Shown here: positions 43,635 through 50,968 of the stretch, in pieces
Layout: the number at the start of each line of letters is the position of its first letter
How positions within the stretch are numbered: the stretch's first letter is position 1
From: an uncultured bacterium
GTDB taxonomy: Bacteria; Lernaellota; Lernaellaia; Lernaellales; Lernaellaceae
Assembly: GCA_964534375.1 (NCBI GenBank)
Contig: CAZHPN010000018.1
Location: 1-50,968 of the forward strand
Length of the DNA stretch: 50,968 nt
Direction of reading: 5' to 3'
The notes under the pieces: generated by a model
The model's database searches: none
What the model was told of the DNA's origin: nothing
The model's input: the letters and a program-made list of their open reading frames with translations, nothing else
Translations under genes and position numbers: made by a program

Positions 43635-45800
43635 ATGCGGATTTTTGTCGCCGGCCTCGGCATCGTCAGTTGCGCCGGCGCCGGGCTCGGCCCCCATCTC
43701 GAAGCGCTGCGCGACGGCGTGTCCCGGCTGGCGCCGATCGCGTTGTTTCCCGCCGCCGGCGACAAACCGTTGCCGGTCGGGCAGGCGCCCGCGCCGACGG
43801 AAGGCGGCCTGCCGCGAACGCACGCGCTGGCGTTGCAGGCGGCGCAAGAGGCGATGGCCGGCGCACGCGGGGCGCCGGACGCGGTGGTCGTCGGCAGCAC
43901 GACGGGCGGAATTCTCACGACGGAAGAGCTTTTGCGCCGCGGGGAAAAAGACCCCGCGGCTTATCGTTTCCATGACGTGGGCACGGTCGCGGATGCCGTT
44001 GCGGCGCGGTTCGGTTGCACCGGCGCGGTTTTGACCGTGTCCACCGCGTGTTCGAGCAGCGCGCTGGCGATCAAGATCGCGTTGGAGTTGATGCGGGCGG
44101 GCCGCGCCCAGCGCGTCCTGGCCGGCGGCGCCGATTCGCTGTCGCGGCTGACCTACTACGGTTTTGCGTCGCTGCAACTAGTCGACCCGGCCGGCTGCCA
44201 GCCGCTCGACCGCGACCGGCAGGGAATGAACGTCGCCGAGGGCGCGGCTTTTCTGCTGCTCGAAGCGGGGGCGGACCGGCCGGCGAACGCGCTGGCCGAA
44301 ATCGGCGGCGGCGGCCTCTCGTGCGACGCCTATCACAGCACGTCGCCCGAGCCCGGCGGCAAAGGCGCGTTGGCGGCGATGGTCGCCGCGCTGGCCGACG
44401 CGGGCGCGAGCCCTGACGAAATCGAGTATATCAATCTTCACGGCACCGGCACCGGCGCCAACGATCTGGCCGAGGCGCGGGCGATTCGCGCCCTTTTCCG
44501 CCAACCGCCGGCCCTCTCCAGCACAAAAGGGATATTCGGCCACACCCTGGGCGCGGCGGGCGCGCTGGAGGCCGCGATTTGCGTGTTGGCGGTCGACAAG
44601 AATCTGGCGCCGCCGAACGTCGGCTTCGCCAATCTCGATCCGGACATCGGCCTGACCCCGATTACGGCCCCGGCGAGCCGGCCGATTCGCGCCGCCCTGA
44701 CAAATTCGCTCGGCTTCGGCGGCAACAACGCCTGCGTCATCGTGCGAAAGCCGGACGCGGCGGCGCCCGATGTTTCGCTCCGCGAGCTTCGGCCGTTGGC
44801 GATCGTTGGCAGCGCGTGCCTCTCCGCGAATGGCGAATTGGAAGAAACCGTCGCCGCGCTCGGCCGCGGGGAAGATTGCCGTGGGAAATTGCCGAGCGAC
44901 AGCCTTTCGCGCGACCTGCCGCCGCGTTTCATCCGCCGGTTGGAGCGCCTGCCGCTCATGGCGCTCAACCTGGCGAATAGAGCTTGGCAGGCGTCCGGCG
45001 GCGCAGAACAACCGCGGTCCATTTTCTTCGGGACGGGGCACGGCCCGCTGAGCGAAACGGACCATTTCCTGCGCAAGCTGTTCGAATCGGACGAGCGATT
45101 CGCCAGCGCGATCGATTTCGTCGGCTCGGTGCACAACGCGCCAGCGAGCCAGGCGGCGATCTTCTTCAAGGCGACCGGCGCGAACGTCACGGCGTCGGGC
45201 GGCGACTACTCGTTCGAACAGGCCCTGCTGATGGCCGAGTTGTTGGCGGACGACGCCGGCCAGCCGTTGCTGGTCTTGGGCGCTGACGAAGGCCACGAGG
45301 AATTGTCCGCGCTGCTTGATGTTTCGATACACCAAAGCGCGACGCTCAGCGACGGCGGCGGCGCACTGGCGCTTTCCATGAAAGCGGATTCTGACGCGCC
45401 GGCGATCCGCGTCTCATTTTTCAAGGTGGCGGAGGGCAATCCGCAAGTCATTCCGGCGTTAATCGCCGAACTCACTCGCCGGGGCGAACTCAACGACGAC
45501 TGCGCCGCGATCTTTGTCAATTTGCCGCTGGCGTCGCGGAACGCGGGCGAGCGCCAATTCGAGCAGATACTGGCGGCCACGCGCTTCGGCGGCGCCGTGT
45601 TCGATGTTCGCCGCCGTTTGGGCGAATACCCGACCGTCACAGCCGCCGCCGCGGCCCTCGCGGCTCATTTCGCGATAGCGGGCCGGCTTCCCGATTTTCT
45701 GACGGACGGAAATGATCGCCCGTTGGGCGGAAAAAGCATCCTGATTCTCGGACTTGGCAGAGTTGTGACCGGCGTCGAAATTAGCCCGCGGATGAGGTGA
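43635..45800 (+). CDS. Ketosynthase fused to chain-length-factor-like domain
   Basis: STACSSS, HGTGT, GHTLG, GFGGNN; second half RRLER, FFGTGHG, FVGSVHNAPAS with no catalytic Cys. Confidence 0.87.
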   Translation: MRIFVAGLGIVSCAGAGLGPHLEALRDGVSRLAPIALFPAAGDKPLPVGQAPAPTEGGLPRTHALALQAAQEAMAGARGAPDAVVVGSTTGGILTTEELLRRGEKDPAAYRFHDVGTVADAVAARFGCTGAVLTVSTACSSSALAIKIALELMRAGRAQRVLAGGADSLSRLTYYGFASLQLVDPAGCQPLDRDRQGMNVAEGAAFLLLEAGADRPANALAEIGGGGLSCDAYHSTSPEPGGKGALAAMVAALADAGASPDEIEYINLHGTGTGANDLAEARAIRALFRQPPALSSTKGIFGHTLGAAGALEAAICVLAVDKNLAPPNVGFANLDPDIGLTPITAPASRPIRAALTNSLGFGGNNACVIVRKPDAAAPDVSLRELRPLAIVGSACLSANGELEETVAALGRGEDCRGKLPSDSLSRDLPPRFIRRLERLPLMALNLANRAWQASGGAEQPRSIFFGTGHGPLSETDHFLRKLFESDERFASAIDFVGSVHNAPASQAAIFFKATGANVTASGGDYSFEQALLMAELLADDAGQPLLVLGADEGHEELSALLDVSIHQSATLSDGGGALALSMKADSDAPAIRVSFFKVAEGNPQVIPALIAELTRRGELNDDCAAIFVNLPLASRNAGERQFEQILAATRFGGAVFDVRRRLGEYPTVTAAAAALAAHFAIAGRLPDFLTDGNDRPLGGKSILILGLGRVVTGVEISPRMR

Positions 45801-45812
45801 ATCGGCGGCTTA

Positions 45813-48800
45813 TCAAGCCTTCCGCGCGATGAACCACGTTTCTTCGCGGGCGGGGGCGGTCGGCTCGACAATTTCGACGACAAACTTTGCCTGGCCCAGC
45901 GCTTCGCTCATTTCCTCTTCCGATCGGAACACGCAAGGGCAGCCGCCGATCGCCAGCCGAAATTTTTCCAGCCATCGTTCCCAGGCAAGTTTCTTGCCCG
46001 AAGGAATTGTGACGCGAATCACGAGCCGGCCGTTGGGCTTGAGCCGCGCGGCGAGGCCGTCGAGCGTGCGCGCCAGGTCGGCGTCGGCGAGGCAGTGCAG
46101 CATATCGAGCAGCAACACGGCGTCCGCGTCCGGGATTTGATCCCACGGCAGGTCGGGCGCGCTGCTTTGCACGACCCTTCCGGCTGGACCGATGACGCGT
46201 GCCGCAATCGCCGCGCGGTTGGCGTTCGGCTCGACGCCGAGAAATTGCAACGCCGGATGAGCGGTCGACAGCCAGGCGGCCGGCACGCCGTAACCGCAGC
46301 CGACATCGACAATCGTTCCCGTCGCCGGGACAAATTCCGCCAGCCGCGGAAACATCGGATCGAGGCGCATCTTGCAAGCGGCGAAGAAGCGCGGATACGC
46401 CTCCAAATGGGCGAAGCGCCGGCGCACGAGGCGCCGCTGCTGCGCCGACCCGACCGGCGCCGCTTCGCCGGAAGCCGCGCGCGCTTTGAACAGCAGTTCC
46501 AGCGGATAAGGCAGCAGACAAACGGCGCCGATGAACGAGTACGCCAACCCCAGCGTGGCCGTGACGCCGGCGCTGCGCAGTACCGAGTGCGACGCGAAGA
46601 AAAGCGATAGCATGCCGACAACGGTGGCGGCGGCGTTGATGAACACGGCGTCGGCCGTCGTTTGCGCGCCGGGATGCCCGGCGACCGGATAGCGCTGGCG
46701 CCAGCAGATCAGGTAGAGGCCATAGTTGACGCCCATGCCCAGGATCACCACCGACAACATCAGCGACGGAATATCGAGCGGTCGCCCGAGCAATTTCAAC
46801 GTCCCCAACGTGCACACGAAGGCGAAGATCACCGGCGCCATCGCGAGCAGCACCATCACCCAATCGGCGTAGAGCGCGAAAAGCAGCACGACCAGACTGA
46901 CCCCGATGATGAGCAGCATCTTGACGAAGCTGTCGGACAGCAATTGCGCCAGATGCGCGGCGAACAACCGCGGCTCGTAAACCGTGAGCCCCATCGCGGC
47001 GGCGCGCCGATAGAAGGCTTCCGCGTTGAATGCGGGGCCGTGCGGCGCGGCGGTGAACAGCGAAAACCCGGGTCCGCCCTTTTGGGGGGAGACGCCGAGC
47101 ATCTCGAAAAGCGCGTCCGGAATCGGCCCGGGCCGAACGTCCGCATCGGCTGTCGTTTGCAAGAACGAAGCGAAGGCATCGGCCGTAAAGCCCGCCTCGA
47201 CCGCGGCGGGCCGCAGCGCCGCGCTCAACCTCGTCCGCCGCTCCGGGCTCCAAAACTCGCGCCACGCCCGCAGGTTCGCGGCGGCGCGTTCCGGGCCGGG
47301 GCAAAGATCGGCCGGGCTCAGCGCCGGCAAGATCACGCCCGCGGCGGATTCGGCGTCGAGAAAGTCGGCGAGCCGGTCAGCCTTCTTTTGCAGATCGGCG
47401 GCGGAATCCGCCTGCAAGAAAACGTAGGCGCGGCTCATTTCGCCTTCCCAACGGCCGCGCAGTTCCTTTTCGGCGGCGGCAGTCGGCGCCGTCACCGTGT
47501 TCATGGCGTCGAGGTCGATGTCGAACCGCGGCTTCGCCAAAATCGCCATGACCGCAAAAAACACCGCCGCCGCGATCGCGAGCCGCCAGCCGCGGACCAG
47601 CCGCCCGGCGCGCGCGATTTTCGCCGCCGATAGCCGCGCGGCGCGGTTGGCCGGCGGCAACGCCGGCAGCAGCAACGCGTAAACGAGCAGCACGAAGACC
47701 AGAGAAAACGCCGAGCCGAGCGCGACGATCACGCCGAGTTGCTGGAGGATCGGGAAGCCGCTGACCAGCAGGGCCAGGAAGCCGCCGACGGTCGTCAGCG
47801 CGGAAAATAGGCTGCCCGACCAAATCTGGCGGCGCGTTTCGCCGGCGGTCGTGCGGCGGATTTGGTCCATGAACAGCAGGTAGGCGATCGGCGCGTCGAT
47901 CGTGATGGAGAGCAGCGCGCCCCCGAAGCCCAACGACAATCCGGAGATGCGCGGGTAAAGGAGCGTGTAGACGAACACGCCGAGTCCGGCGCCGGCGAAG
48001 GCCGGCAGAAACGCCAGCAGGCCGATCTGCGGCCGGGGAAAAAACAGCAGCAGCAGCGCCGCAATGCCCAGCGATGAAACGAGCAGCGCGCGCGTCGCAT
48101 CGCGCCGGATGATTTTTTCGTTGTCCACGGCCGGCCGGTACGCCCCGAAATGCTTCAGCGTCACCCCGCTCAACGCGGGGTCGATCGCGCGCAGCTTCGC
48201 CGGCACGGAGTTCAGAAAATCGTCGATCGCCTCGGGCGCGGGCCGTTTGGTCCCGGCCACCGCGGGCGTCGCGATCAACAGCAGGTGGCGTTCATCCGGC
48301 GTGACGAGACGGCCCTGCAAGATTCGCACTTGGCCGAACGGGTTCCGCGCGCCGAGCCGGGCGAAAACGATATTGCGCAGGCGCAGCGGGTCCTTCTGAA
48401 TCATGTCGGCCTGGCCAATGCTGCGCAAATCCATCAGCAGCAGCCGGTTCTCGTCCATGATTTGCGGCAACGTTCCGGCGGCGAGCAGCGGCGCGACCTG
48501 TTCGTCCAACTCGCGGCGGTCGAACAGCAACGGCAAGTTGGTGACGATCTGCGCGGCCAGCGCCGGACCAGCCTTCGTCGTGAAATCCGCCGCAACCAAA
48601 TTCACCACACCGCTGCCGGCGACCAATTCCTCCACCGCGCCGGCCGCTTTTACTAGCAGTTCGGCATCGCCTTTGCCGTCGGTCAGGCTCAGGTCGATGA
48701 GGATGCGGTCGAGAATCACGTTGTTCGTCAAAATGGTTTGCGCGGCCCGCACCACCGGATCGTTCTGCGGCAGCGCGGCGGTCAGGTCGCTGTCGACGTG

Positions 48801-48887
48801 CAGCCGCCGATAACCCAGCGCGACCGCGGCGCCAATCGCCAAGGCGATCGAGAGCAGAATGAACAGGCGCCGCCGGGGCGTCAGCAT
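45813..48887 (-). CDS. MMPL/RND-family exporter fused to C-terminal class I methyltransferase
   Basis: Start reassigned to ATG 48887; two TM bundles (SITIDAPI, GMGVNYG) with periplasmic loops; C-term IVDVGCGYG, LLDMLH. Confidence 0.85.
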   Translation of the reverse strand: MLTPRRRLFILLSIALAIGAAVALGYRRLHVDSDLTAALPQNDPVVRAAQTILTNNVILDRILIDLSLTDGKGDAELLVKAAGAVEELVAGSGVVNLVAADFTTKAGPALAAQIVTNLPLLFDRRELDEQVAPLLAAGTLPQIMDENRLLLMDLRSIGQADMIQKDPLRLRNIVFARLGARNPFGQVRILQGRLVTPDERHLLLIATPAVAGTKRPAPEAIDDFLNSVPAKLRAIDPALSGVTLKHFGAYRPAVDNEKIIRRDATRALLVSSLGIAALLLLFFPRPQIGLLAFLPAFAGAGLGVFVYTLLYPRISGLSLGFGGALLSITIDAPIAYLLFMDQIRRTTAGETRRQIWSGSLFSALTTVGGFLALLVSGFPILQQLGVIVALGSAFSLVFVLLVYALLLPALPPANRAARLSAAKIARAGRLVRGWRLAIAAAVFFAVMAILAKPRFDIDLDAMNTVTAPTAAAEKELRGRWEGEMSRAYVFLQADSAADLQKKADRLADFLDAESAAGVILPALSPADLCPGPERAAANLRAWREFWSPERRTRLSAALRPAAVEAGFTADAFASFLQTTADADVRPGPIPDALFEMLGVSPQKGGPGFSLFTAAPHGPAFNAEAFYRRAAAMGLTVYEPRLFAAHLAQLLSDSFVKMLLIIGVSLVVLLFALYADWVMVLLAMAPVIFAFVCTLGTLKLLGRPLDIPSLMLSVVILGMGVNYGLYLICWRQRYPVAGHPGAQTTADAVFINAAATVVGMLSLFFASHSVLRSAGVTATLGLAYSFIGAVCLLPYPLELLFKARAASGEAAPVGSAQQRRLVRRRFAHLEAYPRFFAACKMRLDPMFPRLAEFVPATGTIVDVGCGYGVPAAWLSTAHPALQFLGVEPNANRAAIAARVIGPAGRVVQSSAPDLPWDQIPDADAVLLLDMLHCLADADLARTLDGLAARLKPNGRLVIRVTIPSGKKLAWERWLEKFRLAIGGCPCVFRSEEEMSEALGQAKFVVEIVEPTAPAREETWFIARKA

Positions 48888-49666
48888 AACGGGCTCGAAT
48901 CGGGCGGCAACGGTTGCCGCATTTTCGCCCGCCAGAAGCGCGGAATGAGTATCCGCATCGTGATCAGCCGCGTAAACGTGGCGGCGTTGCGCCAGAAATC
49001 GACAAACGGCCGGAAATGTGAGATGCGGCCGGTTTCCGGCGCGTAGGTCACGGAGATCGGCGCCTCGACGACCGGCATTTTTCGCCAGCCCGCTAGCGCC
49101 AATACCTCGACCTCGTATTGAAAGCGCCGCGCCCGCGCGGGCAGGGTGAGGATCTCGGGCAGCGGATAAAGCCGAAAACCGCTTTGCGAATCGGAGAGGC
49201 GTGGACCGCCCGACGACCGCACCCAGAAATTGGAAAACCCGCGGCCGAAACGGCTGGTCCACGGTATCCGGCGGTCGCCGGCCATGCCCATTCGCGAACC
49301 GACGACGATCGGCCGCTCGCCCGGCGGCAGGCGCGCGATCAGCGCCGCCGCGTCCGCCGGATTATGCTGGCCGTCGGCATCGACGGCGATCGCCCAATTC
49401 GCGAAGCGCGCCGCCGCCGCGAAGCCGGTCCGCAGCGCGGCGCCTTTGCCGAGATTCGCCGGATGGCGCAACACCTCGACGCCCGGAAGCGCGGACACCG
49501 CGTCGGCCGAGCCGTCGGTCGAGCCGTCGTCGACCACAATGATTGGGAAACCGAACCGTTGCGCGGCCGCGACCACTTTTGCGACCGTCGCGACGTGATT
49601 GTAGACGGGGATGACGAACGCAAGAACGTCGCCGTCGCGTTGCGGCATGGGCGGCCGGTCCGGCAT
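48881..49666 (-). CDS. Family 2 glycosyltransferase (DPM1-like)
   Basis: VIPVYNH, VVDDGSTD, NLGKGAAL, DADGQH, DSQSGFRLYP, SHFRP; start 49666 or 49648. Confidence 0.9.
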   Translation of the reverse strand: MPDRPPMPQRDGDVLAFVIPVYNHVATVAKVVAAAQRFGFPIIVVDDGSTDGSADAVSALPGVEVLRHPANLGKGAALRTGFAAAARFANWAIAVDADGQHNPADAAALIARLPPGERPIVVGSRMGMAGDRRIPWTSRFGRGFSNFWVRSSGGPRLSDSQSGFRLYPLPEILTLPARARRFQYEVEVLALAGWRKMPVVEAPISVTYAPETGRISHFRPFVDFWRNAATFTRLITMRILIPRFWRAKMRQPLPPDSSPLC

Positions 49667-49671
49667 CGGCG

Positions 49672-50968
49672 TCAGCCCGCGGCGGCGCCGGCGAGAATCG
49701 CCTGCGCCAGGCGTTCGATCGTCGCATCCAGCGGCCGGTCGCGGCCGTCGAGGCCGGCCTGCGCCAGCGCCCACTCGGCAAGCGGCCCGAGCGCCGGCCG
49801 CGTCGCGAGGCTGCCCCGCAGCCGGCAGGCCTGCGCCGCCGCCAGCCAATGGATCGCCGCCACCCGCGCGCCCAGTTCGCATTGCCGGGCCGCATCGCGC
49901 GCCGCGATCGTGCCCAGGCTGACCTTGTCCTGGTTGTGCGCTTCGGTCGAACGCGAAAACACCGCCGCCGGCATCGCGTTCTTCTGCATCTCCGCGGTCA
50001 GCGCCGAGGCCGTGATCTGCGCGCCCTTGAAGCCGTGGTGCAGCGCGCAGTCCGGACCGCCGGCCGGCGCAAGGTTGCCCGGCAGCCCGCGATTGAAGCG
50101 CCCGTCGACCAGCAGCGCGATCTGCCGATCGGCCAGGTCGGCGGCCGACGCCAGCGCGGCTTTCAGCGCATCCATCGCCAACGCGATGTGGCCGCCGTAA
50201 AAATTGCCGCCGGTCAGCACGGCGCCGGTCGCGGGGTCGAGCAGCGGGTTGTCGCTGACGCCGTTGGCCTCGATTTCGACCCAGCGTTCGATCCACGCCA
50301 ACGCGTCGGCGAGCACGCCGAGAATCTGCGGGGCGCAGCGCAGCGCAGCGAATACGGATCCTGCAACGCGGACGGATCGTCGCAGCGCGGTGCGGCGCCG
50401 GTGGTGGCAAGAAGGTCGCGCAACCGCGCGGCGACGCGGCCTTGCCCGGCAAACGGCTTGACGTTGGAAATCGTCTCGTGAAAATGCCCTGGATTGCCGC
50501 CGAGGCCGTGCACCGCCAGGGCCGTCGCCTGGATCGCTGCGGCCAAGAGCTTGCGGCCGCGCCAGACGGCGAGGCTCGCGATGCCGGTCATGACCGACGT
50601 GCCGTTGAGCAGCGCCAGCGGCTCTTTCGGCGCAAAGCGATACGGCGGCAGGCCGGCGTCCGCCAGCGCTTCGGCGGCGGGCGCCCGGCGGCCCTGGTAG
50701 ATAACCTCGCGCTCGCCGGCGAGCGCGGCGGCGATGTAGGACATCGGCGTCAGGTCGCCCGACGCGCCGACCGAGCCCTCGCTGGGGACGCAGGGCGTAA
50801 TGCCGAGATTGAGGAAGGCGACGAGCCGTTCGAGCAGGTCGGGGGTGACGCCTGAATATCCGCGCGCCAGGCAAAGCAGCCGGCAGATCATCGCCGCGCG
50901 CGTTTCCGCGACGGGCAGCAGCGCGCCCGTGCCGCAGCCGTGATAGCGGATCAGGTTGGCTCCGAGGA
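49672..50968 (-). pseudogene. MIO-dependent aromatic amino acid ammonia-lyase (HAL/PAL/TAL family), frameshifted at about 50340, 5' end outside window
   Basis: NLIRYHGCG, GASGDL, LNGTS and QDPYSLRC in one frame; CAPQILG, DNPL, GGNFYG and HNQDKVSLG in another. The switch coincides with (GCGCA)3. Confidence 0.9.
50333..50350. repeat. (GCGCA)3GCG pentanucleotide microrepeat at the lyase frameshift
   Basis: Removing one unit restores PYSLRCAPQIL in frame. Confidence 0.9.

Noticed and set aside
13377..50968. Calling the product a ladderane or a standard aryl polyene pigment
   Set aside because: Ladderane enzymology is unresolved and related islands occur in non-producers; gene content departs from canonical Ape clusters, so the product cannot be assigned.
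1..50968. rRNA, tRNA, riboswitch (including cobalamin) or clear intrinsic terminators
   Set aside because: None recognised by eye; intergenic gaps are short. An Infernal/Rfam scan would be needed to exclude them.

Overview
GC-rich bacterial DNA, probably from a delta-proteobacterial/Myxococcota-like lineage (low confidence). Four blocks. (1) 1-2420: a gene the ORF track misses because it runs off the window edge, encoding an N-terminal SIR2 domain fused to near-identical 44-aa (132-bp) TPR-like repeats, next to a decayed DUF5131 fragment. (2) 2501-13109: an Asp-rich beta-propeller-like lipoprotein, a secreted glycoside-hydrolase-like protein, pcnB and two GT-C-type membrane proteins. (3) 13377 to beyond 50968: a large aryl-polyene-like type II FAS/PKS lipid cluster, related to the lipid islands discussed for ladderane producers. 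It encodes 3 ACPs, 4 ketosynthases (one a KS-CLF fusion), FabG, dehydratases, 2 thioesterases, 4 radical SAM enzymes (2 B12-binding), a DAK2-DegV (FakA-FakB) fusion, PlsY, PlsC-like and LpxL-like acyltransferases, LolA/DUF3261/MMPL export parts, a GT2 and an aromatic amino acid ammonia-lyase frameshifted by one extra 5-bp repeat unit. (4) 25777-32573: a two-gene restriction-modification insert (Eco57I-like type IIG enzyme and a DUF1156 methylase fused to a short PD-(D/E)xK nuclease) that splits the lipid cluster. Best candidates for an undescribed system are the radical-SAM-rich lipid cluster with its own acyl-phosphate route to glycerolipid, and the SIR2-TPR repeat protein. All family calls rest on motif recognition by eye; no searches were run.
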